From a bacterium UBP13_UBA5359 (lineage in GTDB: Bacteria; UBP13; UBA5359), in NCBI GenBank assembly GCA_002410925.1, contig DHPR01000033.1, positions 392,397 through 456,396 of the forward strand: a DNA stretch of 64,000 nt. Direction: 5' to 3'. Position 1 is the first letter of the stretch. Every line of letters starts with the position of its first letter. The position numbers and the translations under genes are program-made. The notes beneath the pieces are model-generated. The model did not search any database. It was not told where the DNA came from and saw only the letters and a program-made list of their open reading frames with translations. Shown here one piece after another: positions 52,225 to 60,186 of the stretch.

Positions 52225-52248
52225 ACTGCTGACCTACGCATTACGAGT
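52203..52248 (-). repeat. Prophage att site: 3' half of tRNA-Thr(CGT), not an intact tRNA
   Basis: Minus strand ACTCGTAATGCGTAGGTCAGCAGTTCAATCCTGCTCGTCGGCTCCA contains the anticodon loop (CGT), T-arm and CCA end. No 5' acceptor strand, D-arm or 5' anticodon stem is present upstream. Confidence 0.85.
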
Positions 52249-52407
52249 AGTCCACCGCTATCTCGCCAAAAGACCGCTACCATGCTGAATAGCGCTATTC
52301 ATACCCTTCTCAAGGTTACCAGCAGTTACCATCATGGACCTTAAAAGGACATTTTATACCTATAATTGTTGTCCTATTTGTTGTCCTTCGGACAGGAGTA
52401 ATATAAC

Positions 52408-52641
52408 CTACTCTTCCGGCATGCCATTCTCAATCCCATGTTTGATTTCTTCAATACAAAACTTGATTTTTTCCTCATGCGTTTCTTGTGGAAAAAGAGC
52501 CCCGATAATACCACCAAGAGTATTACTGAGAAAATCAATAGTGGAGCCAAGATTTTCCTCGTTTACTTTATGAGAACGGAGAGCACGCTGAACCTGCTGG
52601 GCCACATCGTGCCTGGCCGTTATCTCTTTATAGGCATCCAT
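52408..52641 (-). CDS. Small hypothetical protein, probably co-transcribed with the AbiTii-domain gene
   Basis: 77 aa, AAAAGGAG RBS, 15 bp after the upstream stop codon. Confidence 0.6.
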   Translation of the reverse strand: MDAYKEITARHDVAQQVQRALRSHKVNEENLGSTIDFLSNTLGGIIGALFPQETHEEKIKFCIEEIKHGIENGMPEE

Positions 52642-52656
52642 TAGAATCTCCTTTTG

Positions 52657-53580
52657 TTATTGCATTCCGAAAAAGCTGAATAAGTAATTACTGAGCATAG
52701 TAGATGCAACTGATGTACCAACAGCTAAGGCTCCAGCCTCCGCGTGGGAAACCATCTTTTCAAGCCATGACTTAGTGTTCTCTCCATAGGCAGGTTTATC
52801 GTTAGGATCCTTATCTGCCTGTATAGCAGCTTTAAGGTCATCAAAATCTTTATTCGATACCCCCAGCGAATCTAAAGCACTTTTAAGACTTGATAAATCA
52901 CCGGCAGTTACATTAAACTCGCCATCTTGTGAGACATTATCGTTACCTAAAGCAACATTTTGCACATTACCTGTAATATAAGTGGTAAAAATTTGCGACA
53001 CTTTCTCTTGAGGTACTGGCGATGTGTTTTGTGGCGCTTCTCCAGCATCGGGAGCTTCTTTTTCAATGGCTAACGAGAAATCAAGTATTCTTGTCTTGAT
53101 TGTGTCAATAACTGAAACCATCGCTCCATACGGAATCATCTTCCATGCACTCAAACAGGCCATATTTTCATATATGTCATTAGCAAAACGAGTTACCATA
53201 TCTTGCGGCCATGGGTCTTTAAAATTCTCACCCGTGTTTTTTGCATCGTTAACAAGTGCGGCATAAGCGCTTATTGGCCCTATGAGATAAGATGTTGTGG
53301 TCATATAGCTTACCTCTTTAGGTATGCAAGATGGCGGAATAGGAGCATTGTCCATGCTACTACCAAATGGCCCAGCGAAAAAGCCATACGACTGTGTATT
53401 TAGAACTCTGTATATTGGGAGATCTCCTTTATCATTATACCCATTTAGCTCATAGTCTATCCAGTCGCTAAATTCCTTATTGTTTAATCTTGCTGCTAGT
53501 ATCTTACATTTACGAAGCAAATTACAGATATCTATGTTGTTATCTACTGCTGCATCTTGGATATCCCTTAAAAGCGGCAC
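52657..53580 (-). CDS. AbiTii-domain protein (putative abortive-infection effector)
   Basis: N-terminus LLRDIQDAAVD...LLRKCKILAARL...WIDYELNGY...LPIYR and IKTRILDFSLAIE resemble the AbiTii domain. The C-terminus carries a hydrophobic helix. Confidence 0.75.
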   Translation of the reverse strand: MPLLRDIQDAAVDNNIDICNLLRKCKILAARLNNKEFSDWIDYELNGYNDKGDLPIYRVLNTQSYGFFAGPFGSSMDNAPIPPSCIPKEVSYMTTTSYLIGPISAYAALVNDAKNTGENFKDPWPQDMVTRFANDIYENMACLSAWKMIPYGAMVSVIDTIKTRILDFSLAIEKEAPDAGEAPQNTSPVPQEKVSQIFTTYITGNVQNVALGNDNVSQDGEFNVTAGDLSSLKSALDSLGVSNKDFDDLKAAIQADKDPNDKPAYGENTKSWLEKMVSHAEAGALAVGTSVASTMLSNYLFSFFGMQ

Positions 53581-53856
53581 GACATTATCCCCCTTTATAT
53601 AGTTTTAGTAACCTTTAATTTAATTATGACAGACAGCAAATACATGAGTCAAGCAAGCGCTATTATGATTATTCCACATGAAATAATAGAGTCCCGAGTA
53701 TTATAGTTGGCACTATGTTTTATAGCTGTCTTGATGTTAATAGTGGAACACTGGGAAAGACAGATAAGGCTATGAGAACAAGCGTTTGTTTGATGATCTA
53801 TAAAAAGCAATCTATACTGAAATATAGGAACTATTAATCAGGGGGAGGAACATATT

Positions 53857-54378
53857 ATGGAATTAACAGTAGTGGAAAGGATCATTATAGCTAATCAGTT
53901 AAGAATACTAGAGAAGCTTTATCCTGGCGATTACAAAGAACGATTAACATTTATCGAAAGAGGGTACACCTATAACTACAGAGAATTAAGCAGCGGCTTA
54001 AACTCCGAGACACCGCTAGATGTTTGCAACGAAGTCATAGACATACTTGATATGTACCGTTCAATCACTATATCTTATAAAAATCTTCCTGAGACTGATA
54101 TTTCTCCCAATGATATACTTTTTTCTGGGTTCGATATGACCAGCGAAGAGTATCATTATGGATATGCAACATTTTATCTAAATGAATTAGGGCGCTATGA
54201 GGAGCTACTACAAGGAAATCCGAGAAGAGATTTAAATAGCCATGGTCCCACACTCCGACGCTATCGACGTATGCTTGAATGGTGGAAGCCTTTTCTAGAA
54301 GAAGAACAACTTGAATCCATAAATTACACCTTAAATGAAGAGCAAATAAAAGAGCTTCTATCTCTCTGGAAAGCATAG
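53857..54378 (+). CDS. YfbU family protein
   Basis: ERIIIANQLRILEKLYP, ERGY, EVIDILDMY, FSGFD and NSHGPTLRRYRRML match the YfbU pattern; GGGGGAGG RBS. Confidence 0.85.
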   Translation: MELTVVERIIIANQLRILEKLYPGDYKERLTFIERGYTYNYRELSSGLNSETPLDVCNEVIDILDMYRSITISYKNLPETDISPNDILFSGFDMTSEEYHYGYATFYLNELGRYEELLQGNPRRDLNSHGPTLRRYRRMLEWWKPFLEEEQLESINYTLNEEQIKELLSLWKA

Positions 54379-54402
54379 CGAAATATTTATCAAGTGAATT
54401 GC

Positions 54403-54453
54403 AAAAAACAGCCGGGGCACTGCTGTAATGGCTATAATGGCAGTGCCCCGGCT
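54403..54453 (-). terminator. Terminator of the phage late/lysis transcript
   Basis: AGCCGGGGCACTGC...GCAGTGCCCCGGCT followed by GTTTTTT on the minus strand. Confidence 0.75.
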
Positions 54454-54630
54454 CCTTCGGGGGAAGGCATGATCGGGCGGGAATCGCCCTATGAGATATG
54501 CAGATCGGAAAGGTCAGCGTCTCCGTCCGGCACCATCTCGCGGTACCGGCGGTTACGCTCCTCGGGGGTCTCCTCATATGCTGAGGTATCGGTCGTTAAA
54601 GTGGCGTTTGCCGGCAGATCCGGACGGCCG

Positions 54631-54921
54631 TTATCCAGCCGTATCCGCAGCGGGAGTTTTGCGAAACCCGCCGATGAGGTTCTTGAGGTTGACTACCATG
54701 TCGATTGCCTTATCGAGGAAAGCGACAATCATGTCCTGGTCCAGATCAAGACCGGGCACTGCCTTCTCGGCGGCCACTATGGATTCCTTCATCAGGTCCA
54801 GGACGGCTTTCTTCTTCTCGGCACCGTGACCGGGCTGCTCTACCGCCTCGATCAGTTCGATCAGGGGCTTTAAGAGACCGGTCAGGAACAACAGGGTCTG
54901 CAGAAACTTAAGTATCTTCAT
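54631..54921 (-). CDS. Putative holin (LL-H-like)
   Basis: N-terminal hydrophobic segment, VEQPGHGAEKKKAV motif, downstream of the endolysin; GGAGGTG RBS before ATG 54921. Confidence 0.55.
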   Translation of the reverse strand: MKILKFLQTLLFLTGLLKPLIELIEAVEQPGHGAEKKKAVLDLMKESIVAAEKAVPGLDLDQDMIVAFLDKAIDMVVNLKNLIGGFRKTPAADTAG

Positions 54922-54984
54922 CGATATCACCTCCATTCTTTTTGGGCTTACCCTCTCCCCTAAGGTTATCCGGCATCGGCCGGT

Positions 54985-55665
54985 CTATTTGGTAACGATA
55001 GTGACCTTACGCGGACTGGCCGTATAAACCACCTGGCCGCCCAGCGCTTCGGCATGGGCCCGGATGGGGCCATAGGCGACGCCGTTTATGATGACGGCCA
55101 TGCCTATCTTCTTAGTGCCCACGTAGATAGGGAACTCGTTGGGTGCCGACGTAGTGGCCACCGGCTTCAGTTCTTTCTTGATGGCGGCCAGGAAGCCTTC
55201 CCATCCGTTCTTCCTTGCCCGGAGGATCTGCGGGCAGTTCTTGCCGCTCCAGTGGTTGTGCTGGACAACGCACTCCGGGAACGGGAGCAGGGTAGGAACA
55301 TCCCGAATGAGTTGTGCAATGGCAGCCGATCCCTTGGCCTCGATCTTTTTCCGATCACCGTCAAGATGCATGCACATCTCTACGCCGAGGCTCTGACGGT
55401 TGCCTGGTCCGGCGCCATCTGCGGCATGGTAGCCGCACTCGTTGAACGGCAGGCTCTGATATACATCGAGTTCATCGACGGTCAGATGCCAGGATACCAA
55501 GTTCTTTTCAGCGTCCTTGTTGACGGCCAGGTACGCGGCATGAGCGGAGGCATCCGCTCCCACCTTTGTGTTGCCGGTATCGTGGACGGTTATATACCGC
55601 GGCGTCATGATCCGGCCGGGCCTGTTCTTTCTCCCCTGTGGGATGTAAAGCTCGATGAATTTCAT
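54985..55665 (-). CDS. Endolysin, N-acetylmuramoyl-L-alanine amidase (Amidase_2, XlyA-like) with a small C-terminal domain
   Basis: YITVHDTGN, SWHLTVD, HAADG, GVEMC and QHNHWSGKNCP motifs. Confidence 0.9.
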   Translation of the reverse strand: MKFIELYIPQGRKNRPGRIMTPRYITVHDTGNTKVGADASAHAAYLAVNKDAEKNLVSWHLTVDELDVYQSLPFNECGYHAADGAGPGNRQSLGVEMCMHLDGDRKKIEAKGSAAIAQLIRDVPTLLPFPECVVQHNHWSGKNCPQILRARKNGWEGFLAAIKKELKPVATTSAPNEFPIYVGTKKIGMAVIINGVAYGPIRAHAEALGGQVVYTASPRKVTIVTK

Positions 55666-55666
55666 A

Positions 55667-55891
55667 CTACTTCCCCCCCTTCAATACTAAATAAACAAAC
55701 ACAGCCAGGCCGATCTGGATAAGTGTATTTAGTGCGGACAACAGGAATGACACCATCATCTTGTCCAGGCGCTCAAAGATCTTACCGATGTTTACCTCGT
55801 TACGCCTTACATCTTTGACTACATCCACAACATCCTTATTCAGTAGCTGCAAAGCCGTGCAGCCCTTCTCCGTATTGCAATCCACCGCCAT
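55667..55891 (-). CDS. XhlA-like membrane protein / holin
   Basis: Short coiled coil followed by a C-terminal TM helix, directly upstream of the amidase. Confidence 0.55.
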   Translation of the reverse strand: MAVDCNTEKGCTALQLLNKDVVDVVKDVRRNEVNIGKIFERLDKMMVSFLLSALNTLIQIGLAVFVYLVLKGGK

Positions 55892-55911
55892 AGAATTCCC
55901 CTCCCCCTGCG

Positions 55912-56202
55912 TTATCTCTTCAGATCAAACCCGGCCGATAGCTTACCGGCCTTTTTGAGCCTCTCCACTGCCATTTCCTGGACCATCTGCCGGGCCTCGG
56001 CTGTTATCAGATCCTCTGCAGCCTGGTCTTCCATTACCTGGGCTCCGTTGGCATCCCACCAGGCAGTAATGGATCCCCATGTGGGTTTGGGTCTGGCGTC
56101 CTCCCATAACAAGGCGTCAAAGGATTTTTTACTGTTGTCTGTTACCGATCCGCCATATTTAGCGGCCGGCACCAAACCGTCTATGGCCAGAGCAACATCC
56201 AT
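55912..56202 (-). CDS. Putative tail fibre assembly protein (XkdW-like)
   Basis: DVALAIDGLVP...W.DARPKPTW pattern; follows the tail fibre gene. Confidence 0.5.
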   Translation of the reverse strand: MDVALAIDGLVPAAKYGGSVTDNSKKSFDALLWEDARPKPTWGSITAWWDANGAQVMEDQAAEDLITAEARQMVQEMAVERLKKAGKLSAGFDLKR

Positions 56203-56204
56203 AT

Positions 56205-57227
56205 TTATCCCACCTTCCATATTCTCACAACGGTATAACGTTCGTTGCCACCAAAGTTGCTTGCTCGGCCAAAGCCGTCCGTCGCTTTGGTGTTATTGCA
56301 CCGGTGACGCACTTCGTAAATTGTTTCATCTGCTATGGTTATCTCCCCGTCTATGATCGATTCGGTAGCGGTCGAGACACTATTGGATGTCTGTGCGCTG
56401 GTGCTACTCAGAGCGGTAGCCGCAGCGCTGACATCGTAAAAGATGGCGCGATGTTCGCTGGCCACCATAGCCGGCGCAGTAATCAGGAAGCGATATGTGC
56501 CGGCCGGTAGAGTAATCTGGTTATTACTCAAAGAGGCGATATTGCCCGGGTTGGCAATAATAGTATTCAGGTCCCGGGTCCTCCAATCGCCAGCGGTAAA
56601 GGTACCGCCGTGCGTACCAGCGCTCTTTTCATCCGCTATCAGGATGTAGTCATTCTGAATCCCATCCAGCTTGCTCTTGTCGGCTGCGCTCATCATCCCG
56701 GGATCCTCGATGGTGGCCAGTGGATGCTGGTTAGCTCCTCCGGCTCCTGCCAGGTGAGTTCCCCAAGTGACCAGGTCGACATATACTCCGGGATCGATGT
56801 TCACAGTCACGGCCAGGCCGCCGCTGACGGTGAATATAGCCTGCATGATCAGCGTCAAGGCGTTGGTACCTTCTGCCGGCATATACCCGGCGTTGTCGCC
56901 GGCGTTGCCGTAGGCGATGAGGATATCGGGTCCCGCCTCCGGATCTGCGGCGAAGACGCCCAGCTCCTTCAATTGATACCCGGCCACCAGGCCGGCGTTG
57001 GTGAAGTCTCCACGGACGGTGACCACCTCATCATCGGCCGTCACCGTTACAACATTCTGCTCGGCCTGCTGGCCGGCCAGGGCCGTCATCTCCTCCGGAG
57101 CAACACCCTCCGGCAGATCCCCGCTGCCAATGGCCAGCTTGGTAACGGCCAGCGCCTCGGCTCCGGCTATCAGATCTGCAAAGAGCATCCTGCCGGCATC
57201 GGTAACTTTGAGATTGAATTGACTCAT
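56205..57227 (-). CDS. Tail fibre protein
   Basis: gpH-like N-terminus (VTDAGR...AIGSG...ELGVFA), GMMSAADKSKLDGI repeat-type motif and a distinct C-terminal domain (DEKSAGTHGG...WRTRDLNT...LPAGTY). Confidence 0.8.
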   Translation of the reverse strand: MSQFNLKVTDAGRMLFADLIAGAEALAVTKLAIGSGDLPEGVAPEEMTALAGQQAEQNVVTVTADDEVVTVRGDFTNAGLVAGYQLKELGVFAADPEAGPDILIAYGNAGDNAGYMPAEGTNALTLIMQAIFTVSGGLAVTVNIDPGVYVDLVTWGTHLAGAGGANQHPLATIEDPGMMSAADKSKLDGIQNDYILIADEKSAGTHGGTFTAGDWRTRDLNTIIANPGNIASLSNNQITLPAGTYRFLITAPAMVASEHRAIFYDVSAAATALSSTSAQTSNSVSTATESIIDGEITIADETIYEVRHRCNNTKATDGFGRASNFGGNERYTVVRIWKVG

Positions 57228-57790
57228 GGTATAGCCTCCGTAACCGTCATGATCCAACCCTGCATACTGCCTGCGCCGATATTACAGGGGGCATCTCCAT
57301 TGTTCCGCATGATCAGCTCCGCCCAGCTTCTCACGTTTTTCACTATGCGCAATCTGGCCAGGAAATCAGGCCAATCGGCGATAACGTCTATAAACTCCAC
57401 TCTGAACCAGAAAGGTTCCCCTGCATACTGGAACCACTCCTGGAGGGTGTAGTTACCCTCTCCAAAGAAGTCATCACACAACTTCCGGACGGCGTAGCGG
57501 GTGCCGTGCATCCTATGTTCGGCCATGGATCCGCGCACCTGGGCACACTTGTCTGCCAGGGATCCGGACCGGGGCGGATAGTCGACGTGATGCTCCCAGG
57601 CCAGAAGGTCCACCACCCTCTCCGCCAGGTTGTCGATATTGTAGATATTCGGCAGCCGGTCCCGGATGGCAGCCATGACGGCTTTGAGTTCCGGATCGGA
57701 GGCCTGCATGATGCGAACGGCGTCGTCATCCCAAATGACGGATCCCGGCAGCAGGGTGGCCAGATCGACGTTATGTATGGTCTCAGTCAT
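57224..57790 (-). CDS. Phage tail protein I (P2 gpI-like)
   Basis: LLPGSV, VDLLAWEHHVD, HRMHGT, EWFQYAGEPFWF and KNVRSW motifs. Confidence 0.85.
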   Translation of the reverse strand: MTETIHNVDLATLLPGSVIWDDDAVRIMQASDPELKAVMAAIRDRLPNIYNIDNLAERVVDLLAWEHHVDYPPRSGSLADKCAQVRGSMAEHRMHGTRYAVRKLCDDFFGEGNYTLQEWFQYAGEPFWFRVEFIDVIADWPDFLARLRIVKNVRSWAELIMRNNGDAPCNIGAGSMQGWIMTVTEAIP

Positions 57791-58910
57791 CCTCCAAGCC
57801 TCCGTAGGTAACAGTTGTCGCGCCCTCCTGGGCCACCTGGGTGGCGTCCAATGCAGTGTAGACCGGAGCGGTGATAACAACCCGCTTGGCGCCGGCGTTG
57901 AGAATCAGCCGCAGCAGTTCATCCGGATTGATGTCTCTGCCGATCCGCGCACGCTGCCAGGCAGTATAGGCGGCTACGGCAGCATCCACGGCTGTGCGGA
58001 TTGCGTCCACCTGGGCAGCCTGGCTGCGGCCGATATAATAGGTCAAGGTGATATCGTAATTGCCGGCAACCGGCGCTTTGACGCTGACCAGGTCGGTGAG
58101 CGGCCGCCGCGTTTCGTCGTCCAGGTAGTCCTGGACGGTATCCAGAATATCGGCCGCCGGTGCCGGGATGACTCCTCCGGCCAGCAGTATATAGACATCC
58201 ACGCAGCCGGGATCCGGAGAGAGAACGGAGACATCGCTGATCTGGCCGCTGGCGCTGAGAGCGTGATAGATGTAGGCGTCCCGCGGTCCGGCGGTGGAAT
58301 ACTGGGTGATGCTGAGCCTGACCCTCTCGCGATAGCGCTCATCATCCTCCGGTTCGGCTCCTCCGCTGGTGGCGTTGGTATTGCCGACATCGGCGACGCC
58401 GGCTATGGGATCCACCATGGTGGCGATCTCACCGGTGATATAGCCGTTACCGGCCTCGCCGGTGGCCTCACAGACGGCGACAACGCTGACGGTTGTGCTT
58501 CCGGCCGGAATGACGGCAGCCTCAGTGGTGGCGAAAGCCAGGTCTCCGTCCTTGGTGGCCCTGATCCCGGCGGGGATGACTATATCCACGGCCGGGGCAG
58601 GATCAGCGGTGAACTGCAGAATGCAGGTAGCTGCCGCTGCCGTCAGCCGGGGAACGCCTCTCGATTCTCCGATCACGTCCAGGTAGAGCGACCGAGCGTA
58701 TTGCAAAAAGGTCTGAGCAGCCGCATCATCGAGCAGCGCCCTCTCTTGGGCAATCTGCTGGGCGATGGTCAGCAGCTCCAAACGGACGGGATCTCCGGGA
58801 TAGAGCGTCCTGCCGGCGGCTGCCTCATAGCGGCTGATAACGGCGTTGGCTATGGCCTCCGGACTGGTATTGACCCAGGATATTTCGGGGATGATATAGT
58901 TATCAGACAT
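57783..58910 (-). CDS. Baseplate J/gp47 protein
   Basis: GRTLYPGDP, GGAEPEDDERYRER, TAGPRDAY, RPLTD and IGRDINP motifs. Confidence 0.92.
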   Translation of the reverse strand: MSDNYIIPEISWVNTSPEAIANAVISRYEAAAGRTLYPGDPVRLELLTIAQQIAQERALLDDAAAQTFLQYARSLYLDVIGESRGVPRLTAAAATCILQFTADPAPAVDIVIPAGIRATKDGDLAFATTEAAVIPAGSTTVSVVAVCEATGEAGNGYITGEIATMVDPIAGVADVGNTNATSGGAEPEDDERYRERVRLSITQYSTAGPRDAYIYHALSASGQISDVSVLSPDPGCVDVYILLAGGVIPAPAADILDTVQDYLDDETRRPLTDLVSVKAPVAGNYDITLTYYIGRSQAAQVDAIRTAVDAAVAAYTAWQRARIGRDINPDELLRLILNAGAKRVVITAPVYTALDATQVAQEGATTVTYGGLEDD

Positions 58911-59229
58911 CTTTCACCCTCACTATCAGGCTGACGGTATAGTTGCCGTCTATAAGTTGCTGGATGTTGCCGGCGTTGAGATCCACGCCGCGGATCTCGG
59001 CCCGTGGCTCACTACGAGCAACGGCCTCCATGATTTGCTGTGAGATCATCTGCATGGCTCTGTCTACGGGGGCGTCGATAAAATCCGCATCGATGCCCAG
59101 CCCTCGATCCAGCGGGACACTGAGCCGTTCGGTAGCGGCCAGGATGCGCACGTTCTGGTATACCTCTTCCTCTATAGTCCCTGGATATCTGTTGATGGAA
59201 CCTGTTATGCCGTTGACGTTGACGATCAT
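58903..59229 (-). CDS. Baseplate gpW/gp25-like protein
   Basis: QNVRIL...SVPLDRGLG...EPRA motif. Confidence 0.85.
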   Translation of the reverse strand: MIVNVNGITGSINRYPGTIEEEVYQNVRILAATERLSVPLDRGLGIDADFIDAPVDRAMQMISQQIMEAVARSEPRAEIRGVDLNAGNIQQLIDGNYTVSLIVRVKDV

Positions 59230-59232
59230 ATA

Positions 59233-59748
59233 CTACCTCTTCTTTTGAGTGTTCTTTTTGGTTATGACAACATCCCCGATCCGCGTTACGGTGACCTCAG
59301 TGCTGGTGTTCTGCACTGCTGATTGTTGCCGGGCAATGGAGCTTGCACTCCGGATACGGATGAACGACAACTGCACCTCGGCCCGGGCGGTTGATCCGGA
59401 TCGAGTAAAAACCGTGCTCTCCACGCTCCATGATTCTATGGCCCAGTATGAGCCGCTGCCGCCATGAGGCTTGCCGCCGATGATCAGCGGGTGACTGGTT
59501 CCTGCCTCGGCCAGGCCGGCTACCCTCTCCAACTCGGCCTCCGCATCAACGCCGTGCTGGGTTGCAAAGACCACTGTAAAGCAGGCTGTCCGCGGGGCCG
59601 GGCCGTTCCACTCCTGCACCGGCTCGGCCCCGGCCACCTCATGGGCGTTCCAGCGGCCGCCGCCGGCGGCGCTGATGGATGGTATGGGTGTTTTGCGGCC
59701 GGGGGAAATCTCGAATATCAGGGGGCCGAAGCTGCCTGTCTGTGCCAT
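59233..59748 (-). CDS. Phage tail protein (P2 gpU-like)
   Basis: GSFGPLIF, RWNAHEV, GP and LIIGGK motifs; position between gpV and gpW. Confidence 0.75.
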   Translation of the reverse strand: MAQTGSFGPLIFEISPGRKTPIPSISAAGGGRWNAHEVAGAEPVQEWNGPAPRTACFTVVFATQHGVDAEAELERVAGLAEAGTSHPLIIGGKPHGGSGSYWAIESWSVESTVFTRSGSTARAEVQLSFIRIRSASSIARQQSAVQNTSTEVTVTRIGDVVITKKNTQKKR

Positions 59749-59760
59749 TGATCTACCTCT

Positions 59761-60186
59761 CTATATCCGGACGTTGCCGGCGGCATCCTCCACAATGGTG
59801 TTGCTCTTGAGATGTGCGGCCGTCAGATTGCCGGTGACGGTGACGGCGCCGTCCAGGACGATGGAAGCCGCCTGTATGGTCATAACGCCGTTATGATACT
59901 TAAGTTTGCTGCCGTCCGGGGCCCGGAAGTAGAACATGCCGGCTCCGCTCTCCGGAGGCGTATCCTCATCGTTCCAAGTCTCGCATAGCGCCAGGCCGTC
60001 CTCCTCGCCCTCCTCCCGGAGAATGCACCACACCTGGCGCCCCTTCTCCGGCAGCTTGTAGGAGCCGGCCCAAGCGAAGAACGGCAGCCAATCGGATATG
60101 TAATCCGCGTCCTGGTCATCAAAAAGAACACGTATCCGGTGCGTAGCCGGATCCACGGCGTGAACCGTGCCTATCCTGAGATACAT
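59761..60186 (-). CDS. Baseplate spike protein gpV-like
   Basis: RIGTVHAVD OB-fold, SDWLP, LP..G.QV and beta-helix-type repeats VLDGAVTVTGNL. Confidence 0.8.
   Translation of the reverse strand: MYLRIGTVHAVDPATHRIRVLFDDQDADYISDWLPFFAWAGSYKLPEKGRQVWCILREEGEEDGLALCETWNDEDTPPESGAGMFYFRAPDGSKLKYHNGVMTIQAASIVLDGAVTVTGNLTAAHLKSNTIVEDAAGNVRI

Noticed and set aside
52203-52278. Intact tRNA-Thr gene
   Set aside because: Only the 3' 46 nt are tRNA-like; the upstream sequence cannot form the acceptor, D or anticodon stems. Treated as an att remnant.
57666-58934. 422-aa plus-strand ORF, and similar ones at 56610-57452, 35411-36373, 25827-26669 and 12806-13552
   Set aside because: These are antisense shadows of well-supported minus-strand genes and have no recognisable motifs.
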